A DNA stretch of 54,747 nt from a virus (taxonomy: Duplodnaviria > Caudoviricetes): positions 1 to 54,747 of IMG/VR virus record IMGVR_UViG_3300037071_003643; one strand, written 5' to 3'. Shown piece by piece: positions 30,103-39,453 of the stretch. The notes beneath the pieces were generated by a model. The model saw nothing but the letters and a program-made list of their open reading frames with translations. It was not told the origin of the DNA and searched no databases. The position numbers and the translations under genes were made by a program. How positions within the stretch are numbered: position 1 is the first letter of the stretch; the number at the start of each line of letters is the position of its first letter.

Positions 30103-31274
30103 CCGTTCTGCTCCATCGCGTCGATCAGCTCGAGGAGGTCCATAGGCTCTGCGCTGGAGTGTAGCGCTTCGTCTACTCGCTCGTCCCAGGATGGTCCAGA
30201 GGCAGCTGGCACCAGGGCCTCGACGATCTCGCTCTGCTCGTCGCTGGCCTCCTGCGGCGTGAGCATGTGCTCGGGACCGATCTCCACGCCGTCGATCTCC
30301 ACGATGGTCTTACCGGTGAAGTCGCTCGCCGGTGGCTCGACGATCTCGGGCTTGCGCAGCCCCTCGTGGCGGCGCGGCCAGTAGTCGGGACGCGGGATCC
30401 ACTCGCCGTTCTCCAGGACCTCGAGACCCATGCCGAAGTCATCGACCTCGGGTAGCGGCTCGCTCTCGTCCTTGCGCTTCAGCGTCTGCTTGAACACGCT
30501 GTAGTCCACGTGGTGATGGTCGCGCCCGAACTTGAACGCGAGCCGTGCGACGTCCGGATGGAGGTCCACGATCATCTGCGACTTCGGCATCGTGCCCTCG
30601 GCCGCGTAGAACGCCTCCGTGTTGCCCCCGCCGATCACCTGCGTCCTGATCTTGTCGGCCAGGAACGCATTGAAGAGGACGGTGCAGAGACCGTCCTTCA
30701 GGATGCGCAGCGAGAGGTCCGTGTCCTCGTTGTAGCGCCCGCGCCACCGGTAATCGACGTCGTTGCGATTCAGTATGCAGGAGTAGATACGGGTGTTCAG
30801 GTAGTACGGCGATCGCGGCGGGACCTTCGAGACGATGAACATGAAGTATTGGAAGCCCGCCTGCCCGATGTTCTCGAAGCGATCGCAGAAGACCTCGGCC
30901 GCACGCATGATCGTCCCGTCGGCCACGGGTGTCTTCAGGTTGCGGTTGAAGCGATGGAAGTTCAGGATGTTGTCGTCCATCACCCAGTGCCACGCGTGAC
31001 CCTCGGCGATCGAGTGCTCCCACACGAAGTTGCGCGCGGGACCCGGGCCCTTCGACTTCGTGTCGCCGAGATCGTCGCACGTGTCGTACTGCCGCTGGTA
31101 TTCGGGATCGAGCACGAGCAGCCGCTCTCTCGGGAGGTACAGCGCGTAGTCCTCCAGCTGCTGCTCTTCCACGACGACACGATACGGGACGCCGATCTTG
31201 TCGAGCGCCTTCGGCGTGAGCATCGTCTTGGCGCGCGACTTCGAGACGATGTAGACCGGTGCGACGGGGTTCAC
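30099..31274 (-). CDS. TAGT/GREB1-like glycosyltransferase, probable DNA base modification
   Basis: VYIVSKSRA, GPGPARNFVWEHS, HWVMDDNI, NTRIYSCIL, RWRGRYNEDTDLSLR, TQVIGGGNT. Confidence 0.82.
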   Translation of the reverse strand: MNPVAPVYIVSKSRAKTMLTPKALDKIGVPYRVVVEEQQLEDYALYLPRERLLVLDPEYQRQYDTCDDLGDTKSKGPGPARNFVWEHSIAEGHAWHWVMDDNILNFHRFNRNLKTPVADGTIMRAAEVFCDRFENIGQAGFQYFMFIVSKVPPRSPYYLNTRIYSCILNRNDVDYRWRGRYNEDTDLSLRILKDGLCTVLFNAFLADKIRTQVIGGGNTEAFYAAEGTMPKSQMIVDLHPDVARLAFKFGRDHHHVDYSVFKQTLKRKDESEPLPEVDDFGMGLEVLENGEWIPRPDYWPRRHEGLRKPEIVEPPASDFTGKTIVEIDGVEIGPEHMLTPQEASDEQSEIVEALVPAASGPSWDERVDEALHSSAEPMDLLELIDAMEQNG

Positions 31275-31441
31275 TGATCGTCTCCCTCAAGGCAGTCGTC
31301 GTGTCGTCGAGCGAATCCGCCGAATACGTCGGCCGCTTGGACGAGTAGCAGCCCGATGGGTAGCGGCTCGCTCGCGCCGCATCGCTTGCACTCCATCTGC
31401 TGCGTGTTCGCGTTCGCGACGGCCCAGGTATTCTCGCTCAT
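31271..31441 (-). CDS. Small Zn-ribbon protein
   Basis: MSENTWAV...CKRCG...HDDC; coupled overlaps. Confidence 0.55.
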   Translation of the reverse strand: MSENTWAVANANTQQMECKRCGASEPLPIGLLLVQAADVFGGFARRHDDCLEGDDQ

Positions 31442-31722
31442 CGCTGCGGCTCCTCGCTGCGGTACTGCTTGTCCACGAACTTCACGTGCTCCAGCTTCGG
31501 GTACCAGATCGACGGCGTGATGCTGTGATCGGTGTTCGCGAGCGATTCCTGCCCGACCAGGATGAGGAAGGCGCGGCGATCGTCCTTGCTCGCGAAGTGC
31601 ACCAGCATCGAGCAGTCGGGTTCGAGTACGTCGTTGGCGTACTCCGGCATGCCCTTCCAGTCGTCGGCCCATCGGTCGTACTCCGAAGCGTCGAACATCC
31701 CGCCCGTGCCCTCATCGCTCAT
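31438..31722 (-). CDS. Small protein of the type found beside phage TAGT genes
   Basis: WKGMPEY...LVHF...F...GQ...SIWYP pattern, recalled from phage TAGT loci. Confidence 0.6.
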   Translation of the reverse strand: MSDEGTGGMFDASEYDRWADDWKGMPEYANDVLEPDCSMLVHFASKDDRRAFLILVGQESLANTDHSITPSIWYPKLEHVKFVDKQYRSEEPQR

Positions 31723-31879
31723 CGCAGTTCTCCCCCTCGACGCACTCGCTGTGATCGTCGGCGTCGTGCTTCGCGAGGATTGCGAACCCGCGCGGGTCGC
31801 CTATCTCGCCGTGTCCCTGGCAGTAGTCGTAGGGATCCCCGCATACGGGGCATCGTCCCACGTACTCCTCTTCCATCAT
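31712..31879 (-). CDS. Small Cys/His-rich hypothetical protein
   Basis: CPVCGDPYDYCQGHG. Confidence 0.5.
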   Translation of the reverse strand: MMEEEYVGRCPVCGDPYDYCQGHGEIGDPRGFAILAKHDADDHSECVEGENCDER

Positions 31880-32061
31880 CGCCAGTATTCTCCCCTCATC
31901 TTGTCGTGCCACTTCGGGCTCCAGCCGATGCATACGCACTTCGAGCATCCCTGGAGGATAGCCCATGTTCCGGCGTTCGTCGTGTGAGCGTGCGCGTCGT
32001 GCTTGCACCTGCAGTTCGGGACCTTCGGCGCATCGAGGCCGAGCTCACGCGTGTCTACCAT
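31876..32061 (-). CDS. Small Cys/His-rich hypothetical protein
   Basis: CRCKH...CSKCVC; coupled overlap. Confidence 0.5.
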   Translation of the reverse strand: MVDTRELGLDAPKVPNCRCKHDAHAHTTNAGTWAILQGCSKCVCIGWSPKWHDKMRGEYWR

Positions 32062-32520
32062 CTAGAGATCGCCGCCCGCGAGCCGCTGCGCCTGCTTCAG
32101 TGCGGTCTCTGCTCGTTCAGCTCTCGTCGCGATCGCGTCCTCATCGCTCGCCTTCCAGGCCTGCTCGTACGGGTCGGCCCCCGGCATCGCCTCGACGAGC
32201 GCCGAGTGCGCCTGGTGCGCGGCATCGACCATCCGATTCACGGCGCGGCCGGCGCGCTCCACCTGAGATCGCGTCCGGTCCTTGCTCTCGGCGAGCGCGG
32301 CGTCCTCGGTCGGCCTGCTGTACTTGATATCGGTTCGACTCCCACCCGCTGCCATCGCTCCCCCGCCGAGCGAGTAGGCGAGATCGTAGGCGTGCGAGTA
32401 GCGAGCGCGGAGCTCCTTGATCATCCGCTCGACCTCGATCAGATCCTCCATGACGACGCGCGGCGATCGCGGGTGCTTCACCGACTTCGCCTTGCGCGTC
32501 GTCTCGCCGTTGTTCGTCAT
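32062..32520 (-). CDS. Hypothetical helical protein
   Basis: MTNNGETT start with GGGGAG RBS; ATGA overlap. Confidence 0.55.
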   Translation of the reverse strand: MTNNGETTRKAKSVKHPRSPRVVMEDLIEVERMIKELRARYSHAYDLAYSLGGGAMAAGGSRTDIKYSRPTEDAALAESKDRTRSQVERAGRAVNRMVDAAHQAHSALVEAMPGADPYEQAWKASDEDAIATRAERAETALKQAQRLAGGDL

Positions 32521-33041
32521 GCTGCTTGTCTCCCCCTGAAGTTGCGGATGATCGCGGCCAGGTCGGGCTCGGGCGCCTTGCCTTTCAGTTCGATCTCCAG
32601 CGCGATCAGATCGCCGTAGAGACCGGGCCACTGCTCCTCGACGAACACCTCCCAGCGCGCTTGGTGATTCGTGAACGCGAAGTGATGTCCGCGGCAGAGC
32701 GTCGTCGAGTTTCCCGGGTTGTCGGGCTCGGGACCGACGTACCAGTGGAGCGCGGGGTGAGCTCCGCGCGATCGGATGTGCGCCCACTCGAGGTCCTGGT
32801 CGGTCCCGCAGTAGCGGCAACGGAGATCGCGGAAGCGCTTCACCCACGTCCCGACCGTGAGATCAGCGACGACGCGAGCGTGCTTCTTGCAGTAGCGCTC
32901 GACGCCCTCCTCGATGACGACCGGCGCCGCGTTCTTGCATACGAGCGACCAGGAGCACGGCTTCCCGGGGCGCGACTTCGCCTTCTTGCTCGACTTCGCC
33001 TTCATCGGCGTCTTGCGCTTGATGGGTTGCGATCGCTTCAC
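32517..33041 (-). CDS. NinG/Rap-like HNH-fold nuclease
   Basis: RDLRCRYCG, EWAHIRSRG, NSTTLCRGHH. Confidence 0.7.
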   Translation of the reverse strand: MKRSQPIKRKTPMKAKSSKKAKSRPGKPCSWSLVCKNAAPVVIEEGVERYCKKHARVVADLTVGTWVKRFRDLRCRYCGTDQDLEWAHIRSRGAHPALHWYVGPEPDNPGNSTTLCRGHHFAFTNHQARWEVFVEEQWPGLYGDLIALEIELKGKAPEPDLAAIIRNFRGRQAA

Positions 33042-33358
33042 GCGTCCACCAGCTGCGCTTCGAGCCAGCGGCGCGCTTCGGCTCTCGTGCTCGCGGCGTT
33101 CCAGCGCTCGAGGAAAGCGTGACGACGGAGCGCGCGTGCTTTATTCGTCTGTCGCTTGCGATACCCGCCCTCCCATACGTGACCGCAGCCGCTGCATTCG
33201 ATCTCCGTGTCGTACCAGACCCAGGCCTGTACCAGGTGGCGAGTACGAACCTCGCAGTAGGGGCAGTAGCTCACAGCTCGGTAGATGAATCCTCGAGGCG
33301 CGCAGATCGCGAGCGTCCCGCTCTCGTTGATAGCGCAGCCGAACCCCGTCTCGCTCAT
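33038..33358 (-). CDS. Zn-ribbon hypothetical protein
   Basis: CPYC...CSGCG; GGGGAGAGG RBS. Confidence 0.55.
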   Translation of the reverse strand: MSETGFGCAINESGTLAICAPRGFIYRAVSYCPYCEVRTRHLVQAWVWYDTEIECSGCGHVWEGGYRKRQTNKARALRRHAFLERWNAASTRAEARRWLEAQLVDA

Positions 33359-33467
33359 CGCCTCTCCCCCGGGTACAGGACCCCGTAGCTGATAATCCAG
33401 AACGCGAGCATCGTACTCCCGAGTAGCAGCCCTATCGCGAAGCCGAGTGCGAACGCTCGATCGCGCT

Positions 33468-34448
33468 TCACTCGTCCTCGGTCCCGGTGGGGTCGGGCGC
33501 GGGGTCGCCTATCTGCGGTTCGTCCGCGGCGACGAAGGCTATCCCACTCTCAGCTTCGTACCACTCGCCTCCTGGGGTCCCGGTGGGGTCGGGCGCGGCG
33601 GGGGGTGCGGCATGATGCCCGCCGTCGTGTCCCACAGGCTTCATGCAGACCATCTCCGCCCCGCAGGTCCCGGTGGGGACGGTGTGCCAGGGGTCGTGAC
33701 AGGGTTCGGACTCCCCGTGTTTCGGCCTGAGCCCTTCTGCTGTCGCCTCGAATACGCTCCCCTGTTCATACAACTGACGGGTCATGCCGTCCCAGGACGC
33801 CTTCTCGTCCTCGCTTACCTCGCCACACGTCGGGCAGGTCGGTGGGGTGGGGTCGGTGTGCCACGGAGGTAGGTCAGCGTGCGTTGCATCGGTCCAGTCG
33901 GCACCGCCGCCGCTATGGGCATCGGTGTGACCCGTAGCTTTAGTGCAGGTGAACGTTTGGTGTTCGAGGGCACGTTCGGTGATGGTGTCGCCGCAAGTCT
34001 TCTCCGGCTCCCCCTCCTCGGAAGCTAGAGCAGCGCGGGCGGCGGATAGGGCAACGCGACCGTCCTTCTGCGCCGCCGCAACTAGCCGCTCGAACATGGT
34101 GGTCCCGGCGTTCTGCGTGTTGTTCAGGACCCATAGCATCGACCCGATGCCCTTCTCGGATTCCTCCAACGCTTCGGTGAGGGATACGACACGGGCCTCG
34201 GCAACGCTGGCACGCCGGGCGTTGTCGCTGGCCTGCTTGTGAACCGCGTCGGCGCTGTGCCTCGCTGCGTCCCTCTCGGCCTCTAGCTTCGTGCTGTCGT
34301 GCAGCATCGCTCGCCATTCGTTGTCGCGCTTCTCAATCTCGGCCTCTAGGGATGCGACGTGGGCGACGGCAAAGCACACGAAGCACCGGCCCCCGGGTTC
34401 GTGTTTGGGATGTGCCCGCATCATCGCCTCGAAGTCCGGCTCGTTCAT
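33468..34448 (-). CDS. Hypothetical coiled-coil protein with Cys/His modules and APDPTGT repeat
   Basis: Start MNEPDF; 23-bp direct repeat at 33480-33502 and 33576-33598. Confidence 0.55.
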   Translation of the reverse strand: MNEPDFEAMMRAHPKHEPGGRCFVCFAVAHVASLEAEIEKRDNEWRAMLHDSTKLEAERDAARHSADAVHKQASDNARRASVAEARVVSLTEALEESEKGIGSMLWVLNNTQNAGTTMFERLVAAAQKDGRVALSAARAALASEEGEPEKTCGDTITERALEHQTFTCTKATGHTDAHSGGGADWTDATHADLPPWHTDPTPPTCPTCGEVSEDEKASWDGMTRQLYEQGSVFEATAEGLRPKHGESEPCHDPWHTVPTGTCGAEMVCMKPVGHDGGHHAAPPAAPDPTGTPGGEWYEAESGIAFVAADEPQIGDPAPDPTGTEDE

Positions 34449-35149
34449 TCGGCCTCCCCTGGGGACGTGGATACGCGGGCGATCGCGAGCAACTGCTCTC
34501 CGATGAAGCGCGTATAGGCGGGCGGGATCGACTCGCTTAGTTCGTGCCCCGTCATCTCCCAGTCCACCCCCATCGCTGCTTTGTGCTCTTCGAGATCGAC
34601 CGCGCCGGTGTAGCCTCCCGAGATCGAGAGGACGCGGAGCGGCGTCGTGCGGTTCCACGCCGGAGGGTAGATGCGCGGGTAGGCGCCATGGATACAGGGC
34701 GGTGCCATCAGTACGACGTTCGACTCGAACTTCCGGTGGCGACGTATCGGGAGACCGAACGACGAGCCGCAGAGCTTGATCGCGTCGATGAGCGGAGCGC
34801 GCGGGACGTTCTCGATGACGTACGGCAATCCCGTACTGCGCAAGATCGTGCGCGTCGGCTCGATCAGGTCGGGATAGTTCTCGCGATTCTTGATCTTGAC
34901 GGCCTGGGAGAACGACTGGCACGGCGGGCTCGCGTGGATCGCCGAGACGGGTCGACCGTCGAACGTCACGACGCCGCTCGCGGGCCCGTCCCAGAGCGCG
35001 GTGAGTTCGAGCGCGTCGCCCTGATAGAACTCGAACGGGTAGTGCGGCTGGGGGTCGAGATCGACGCCGATGACCTCGTAGCCCGCCTGGTGATATCCCA
35101 TCGACGCGCCCCCTGCGCAGCAGAAGAGATCGACGAGGAGCGGCTTCAT
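34445..35149 (-). CDS. Short C5 cytosine DNA methyltransferase (234 aa)
   Basis: Motif I DLFCCAGG, motif IV ASPPCQ, motif VI IENV, RRHR, terminal ESIPPAY. Confidence 0.88.
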   Translation of the reverse strand: MKPLLVDLFCCAGGASMGYHQAGYEVIGVDLDPQPHYPFEFYQGDALELTALWDGPASGVVTFDGRPVSAIHASPPCQSFSQAVKIKNRENYPDLIEPTRTILRSTGLPYVIENVPRAPLIDAIKLCGSSFGLPIRRHRKFESNVVLMAPPCIHGAYPRIYPPAWNRTTPLRVLSISGGYTGAVDLEEHKAAMGVDWEMTGHELSESIPPAYTRFIGEQLLAIARVSTSPGEAE

Positions 35150-36330
35150 GGACGCCACACGGAATCGCGCGAGAGCGTGGCGAACGCCGCGTCGGTCTCC
35201 GGCGTCGAGCTGACGCGATAGTGCTGGTACCACGTGCCGCTGAAGATCGCATCGACGTTGCTGCGGCAGTAGAGGACGAGGATGCCGTCCTTCGCGGCCT
35301 GGACGATCTTCGGTTGCTGAGCGGCCTCGCGACCCTTCTGGTATTCGGGGTCGCGCGGGTCCTCGTGCCACGCCGTCTCCAGGATCGCGGCGGTTCTGCC
35401 TTCCTTCGCGCAGAGAGCGAACAGCTCGTCGGCCATGCCCTTCCCGTCGGCCTGGGTGAAGTCTTGCCACTTCTCGCCGAGGGTCTTGGAGCGATCCTTG
35501 TTCTTCGAGCCGTAGCGGTTGTAGAGATCGGCGGCGAAGGGCGCGTTGGGACCGAACTGGTCGTCAGGGAACGCGAGCCACGCCAGGCCGCGCTTCGCGC
35601 CGTCCTTGTAGTAGGCCTCGGTGAGCGCGGGCCACGTCCAGAGCCCGCCCTGCGCTTCGATCGCGGCGGGTGTGACGCCGACGCTCGCCATGACGTCCAT
35701 CACGTGCTTGGTCATGGCGACGAACCGAGCCGCGCGCTGCGCTTCATCCGGGATCTTCGACAGCTCGTCGTTCTCGGGCTCGTGCTGGATGTTGTGAGCT
35801 GCCAACAGGCCGAGGTCCATGACGGGCTTCAGTACGCCGGTCGCGTACGCCTTGATCTGCGCGTCGTAGGTGCCGCTCGCCACGGCTGCGAAGTCGTACG
35901 GGAGATGCGTCGAGATGTACAGCGGGTCGTTGCGACCCTTCGCGGCCGCGATGCGCGCGAGATCGCCGGAGTCGGTGCCGACCGCGGTCGGGTAGACGCG
36001 CCACATCCAGTGTCGGTCCTTGTTGATGCGCTCCATCTCGGCGATCGTGACGGCGGGGTTGTCGACGCCTCCCTCGCCGGCGACGCCCGACCGGAAGAAC
36101 TGCCCCAGGACGGGCTTGCGCGCCTTCGGGAGCTGCGCTTCCAACTCCTTCACGCGAGCCTCGAGGCGCGCGATCTCGTCGTGCAGTAGCGCGTTCTCCT
36201 CGAGCGCGGCGTCTCGCTCATCGACCGCCGAGAGGAGGAGCTCCTTCGTCGTCGCCAGCTCCGTTTCGAGGTCGTTGATGCGCTTCACTGCAGCGCCGGA
36301 TGCTTTGGTGAGATCGTCCTGAACGGTCAT
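35146..36330 (-). CDS. Coiled coil plus GH26-like glycoside hydrolase domain
   Basis: HEPEND, ADLYNR, ILETAW, VLYCRS pattern of clan GH-A TIM barrels. Confidence 0.6.
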   Translation of the reverse strand: MTVQDDLTKASGAAVKRINDLETELATTKELLLSAVDERDAALEENALLHDEIARLEARVKELEAQLPKARKPVLGQFFRSGVAGEGGVDNPAVTIAEMERINKDRHWMWRVYPTAVGTDSGDLARIAAAKGRNDPLYISTHLPYDFAAVASGTYDAQIKAYATGVLKPVMDLGLLAAHNIQHEPENDELSKIPDEAQRAARFVAMTKHVMDVMASVGVTPAAIEAQGGLWTWPALTEAYYKDGAKRGLAWLAFPDDQFGPNAPFAADLYNRYGSKNKDRSKTLGEKWQDFTQADGKGMADELFALCAKEGRTAAILETAWHEDPRDPEYQKGREAAQQPKIVQAAKDGILVLYCRSNVDAIFSGTWYQHYRVSSTPETDAAFATLSRDSVWRP

Positions 36331-36665
36331 ACCGAAGTCCCTTCCGTCTGTCGGTCGATGATGATGCCGCAGATCGAGCACTCGCGCGCGCCGATCAGCT
36401 GGTGGTGTTGCGCGAGCGCGACGACGACGCCGCTAGGTGAGGGCGCGAGCTGGCGCAGGAGCGCCTCTGTTCGACGAGATGCCCATATCGCGGTCGCTTG
36501 TGCCATCGTCTTGGCGCCGAGCGTAGCCCGTATCGCCGTCGCGTGTGTCCGAACCGTCTCGTTCGAGATGTACAACGCCTCGGAGATCGAGCGCGAGTTG
36601 CCGCCGCGTGCGTACAGTTCGAGGATCTGGATCTGCCGCGGCCCGAGCTGCGCGGCGCCCCTCAT
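36327..36665 (-). CDS. LuxR-type HTH regulator
   Basis: LGPRQIQILELYARGGNSRSISEALYISNETVRTH. Confidence 0.8.
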   Translation of the reverse strand: MRGAAQLGPRQIQILELYARGGNSRSISEALYISNETVRTHATAIRATLGAKTMAQATAIWASRRTEALLRQLAPSPSGVVVALAQHHQLIGARECSICGIIIDRQTEGTSV

Positions 36666-36885
36666 AGGAGGACGATCTTCCTGCAGTCGCGACAGAGCGG
36701 AGCGTTGGATCGAACCTTGCCGGTGACGCCCGAGGTGGACGTCGTGATCGTGAACAGCTCGCCGACGCCGATGACGTGATCGTTGAGACACCAGTGCTCG
36801 TGCAGGGCCTGGTAGGTCATGCGCCCGTTCCCGTCGCGACCGTAGCGACGTCGTGACGCCGCGGGTCGCTCGTGCAGTCGTTCCC

Positions 36886-37527
36886 TCATGCGTCGATCTC
36901 CTCCCCTTCACGAGCGCGCTGCGGTGCGCACCCGTCCTTGATCGGACTCCTGCAGCGCGGGCACACCCACGTGCCTGAGGCGTCCTGCACCGCTGCCGTA
37001 CCCGCACGCACCCCGCATGCCGTGTAAACGACGTCGAACATCTCCTGCTTGTTGTCCTCGGCCTGTAGGAGCCGCTCCTTCGGCTCCAGCGGCTTCGCTG
37101 CCTCCTGCGCTGCTGCGAGAGCGCGCGCTGCCTTGTCCCGTGCCGCGGGATCCCCGTGAGCCGCGCCGTGTCGTAACCGAGCGCCGTCCATGCCGAGCGC
37201 TTCGACGCGAGCGCGGTAGTCGGGCCGCATCGAGAGGAACTCCTCGAGGGTGATAGCGGGCTCGACCATCCCCGATTCGAGCGCTCGCCGCTCGCTCTTG
37301 CGCAGTCGATCGTTGCGGCATTCTCGGATCGTGTCGCGCAGGTCGGGGAGCGTCGGCATATACGCCGAGCCCTCGCCGAGCAGCTGGACGGCTTCGGCGA
37401 TATCGACGAACTCGAACTCGCTGATGCTCTCGGCCCAGAGGACGGCGGTCTGATCGCTCAGCTCGACGCGGCGATAGCTCGCCAGGATCGCGAGCTGCTT
37501 CAGTGCTTCGGCGATCGACGTGGTCAT
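36886..37527 (-). CDS. Putative helicase loader/inhibitor
   Basis: LWAESI...IAEAV...YMPTLPDLR; directly downstream of initiator. Confidence 0.6.
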   Translation of the reverse strand: MTTSIAEALKQLAILASYRRVELSDQTAVLWAESISEFEFVDIAEAVQLLGEGSAYMPTLPDLRDTIRECRNDRLRKSERRALESGMVEPAITLEEFLSMRPDYRARVEALGMDGARLRHGAAHGDPAARDKAARALAAAQEAAKPLEPKERLLQAEDNKQEMFDVVYTACGVRAGTAAVQDASGTWVCPRCRSPIKDGCAPQRAREGEEIDA

Positions 37528-38276
37528 ATGCCCTCCTCACGGGCTCGTTCGGCTAGGTCCAGGATGTTACCGACGCCCTTGGCCGAGGAGCCTCGAGCGG
37601 GTAGCGGGCCGTCATCCCAGCACCCGTTGTTGAGCCAGGTCGTGGGGAGCATCGTGTAGCGGGGATCGCGGTTCGGGTCGTCTCGGTAGCGCGACGCTCC
37701 GGCGATGATCACACCGGGATCGACGCCGCGTTTGACCGCGGCCTTGAACTTGGCCTCGGCGCCCAGCTTCTTGTCCCGACGTGGATATTCCCGCCAGAAC
37801 TCGGCGAAGGAATGAGCAGCAACTCGAACAAGATTCAAAGGCTCTTGCTCTTGGGGTAGGGGTAGGGGTTCGGGTAGGGGTTGGGGTAGGGGTAGGGGTA
37901 GGGGGCTATGCTGTTGCTTCCCGTTTGCTACAGCCGTGCTATCCGTTTGCTTTCCCCAACGTACCTGCGCGCCCTTGCGACCTGCCCTGACCTTCGCGTC
38001 GTGCTTCTCTCGACTTTGCGCTAGTACCTCCGCGCGTTGCGGGTTGTATTCGAGGTAGTCGTGGATCGTCGGACCCTTGTCCCAAAGACCCGATCTGGTC
38101 AGCTCGTCTGCTATCGCTGTTCCGTATCTCTCGACGATAGCACGCGGGATAGCACCATCGGTGAGGTTACGGGCGACGTAGCAGAGCGTTTCGACGTAGC
38201 ATCTGAACGCTTGGTCACTGAGATCGACCACCTTCGGAGACTCGGCGAAGCGATCGTCGAGACGGACCCAGCTCAT
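37524..38276 (-). CDS. Phage replication initiator
   Basis: MSWVRLDDRF..SPKV, IHDYLEYNP, PxPxP linker, FAEFWREYPRR, PTTWLNNGCWDD. Confidence 0.8.
   Translation of the reverse strand: MSWVRLDDRFAESPKVVDLSDQAFRCYVETLCYVARNLTDGAIPRAIVERYGTAIADELTRSGLWDKGPTIHDYLEYNPQRAEVLAQSREKHDAKVRAGRKGAQVRWGKQTDSTAVANGKQQHSPLPLPLPQPLPEPLPLPQEQEPLNLVRVAAHSFAEFWREYPRRDKKLGAEAKFKAAVKRGVDPGVIIAGASRYRDDPNRDPRYTMLPTTWLNNGCWDDGPLPARGSSAKGVGNILDLAERAREEGI
37853..37951 (+). repeat. (GGGGTA)n tract plus CCGTTTGCT repeats within initiator; candidate origin
   Basis: Nine G-runs at 37853-37905; CCGTTTGCT at 37921 and 37943. Confidence 0.45.
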
Positions 38277-38594
38277 CTACTGTGCCACCGGCGTCATCGC
38301 AGTTGCCGATATCCACGTCATCCATTCGACGGTGAATCGGTACTCGGGGATAGCTAGCTCAGCGAGACTCGTTCCGTCGCTGGCTAACTCGATAACTCCT
38401 CGACCTTCTAGGCGCGCGACCGCGTGTCTCCACTCGTTCGGCGTTAGTCCCGTCATGCGCGCTAGTCGAGCGGTCGTGGTGGGGAAGATCCAGGTGCCGT
38501 CGTCCTTCGCCTCGAACGCAAGAACGAGCGCGGCGAGACGATCGACGTACGGAAGTGAAGAGGCGAATACGAGGTCGGTGACGCTCTCGCTCAC
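38277..38594 (-). CDS. Winged-HTH protein
   Basis: FPTTTARLARMTGLT...AVARLEGRGVI. Confidence 0.6.
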   Translation of the reverse strand: MSESVTDLVFASSLPYVDRLAALVLAFEAKDDGTWIFPTTTARLARMTGLTPNEWRHAVARLEGRGVIELASDGTSLAELAIPEYRFTVEWMTWISATAMTPVAQ

Positions 38595-38705
38595 TAAGGC
38601 TCCTCTCTGTCACCGCGAGAGGAGAATGGATAGACTCGACCCGCGTTAGACGGTCCGATCGCCCCGGAAGGATGGTCGGGCCGTCTCTCTGTGTGGAGCA
38701 CGATA

Positions 38706-38861
38706 CTACTCCTGTTCGTCGTCGTCGTGTCGAGCGCGCCACTCGTCGTCCTTCTCGTGACCGATATCGCTCACGATGACAGCGACCGCGATGCAGACGG
38801 CGACGCCGAAGATCGAGAGCACGATGATCCAACTGTCGAGCTTGCTCATCGCTCCGATCAT
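38706..38861 (-). CDS. Small membrane protein
   Basis: One TM segment, acidic tail. Confidence 0.45.
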   Translation of the reverse strand: MIGAMSKLDSWIIVLSIFGVAVCIAVAVIVSDIGHEKDDEWRARHDDDEQE

Positions 38862-39253
38862 GGTCCCATCACCTCCGATGGTGCGGTTCGATCGAAGCGA
38901 GCCTCTTCCTTCGCGAGGCTCGCGTAGGACTGGAGCGCGCTCAGCTCCTGCATCCTGGCCTGGAGCGCGAGCTTGCAAGCGTTCATCATATTCTCGGCGA
39001 GGTGCGCTTCGTAGCGAAGATCGCCGACGGTCTGCTTGTCCTCGAATGGTAGCAGCTCGACTTGCGCCTCTCGATCCGCCGCGTTGCGGAACTCGGTCAC
39101 GTTCGTCGTCGCGATCGCCTGCCTGCGCTTGTAGAGGCGCTCGGCCGTGGCCCAGCGCTCGATCGCTCCGCGATACTCGTCCTCTGCCGCCGAGATCGCG
39201 CGCGCAGACTGGATCAGCTTGCCGCTAAACTCGCCGGCATTCATTCGATCCAC
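38858..39253 (-). CDS. Hypothetical helical protein
   Basis: Coupled overlaps; coiled-coil character. Confidence 0.55.
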   Translation of the reverse strand: MDRMNAGEFSGKLIQSARAISAAEDEYRGAIERWATAERLYKRRQAIATTNVTEFRNAADREAQVELLPFEDKQTVGDLRYEAHLAENMMNACKLALQARMQELSALQSYASLAKEEARFDRTAPSEVMGP

Positions 39254-39453
39254 CCGCGAGCGCGCCAGACCTTCTTGACGTTAGCCATATCGTGACGACC
39301 CTCATAGCCCGACTTCCCGCCGCGATGAAAGACTCCGACCAGCTCGTGCCCGTCGTACACCTTCAGGTGCTTTGAGCCGTTCTCGATCGTCGCGCCGTGC
39401 TGTTTCGCCGCCTTGATGAGCGCCCTCGCCTTCTTGGGAATCTGGTCCATCAT
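39241..39453 (-). CDS. HicA-like small protein
   Basis: LIKAAKQHGATIENGSKHLKVY...ANVKKVWRARG. Confidence 0.55.
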   Translation of the reverse strand: MMDQIPKKARALIKAAKQHGATIENGSKHLKVYDGHELVGVFHRGGKSGYEGRHDMANVKKVWRARGWIE

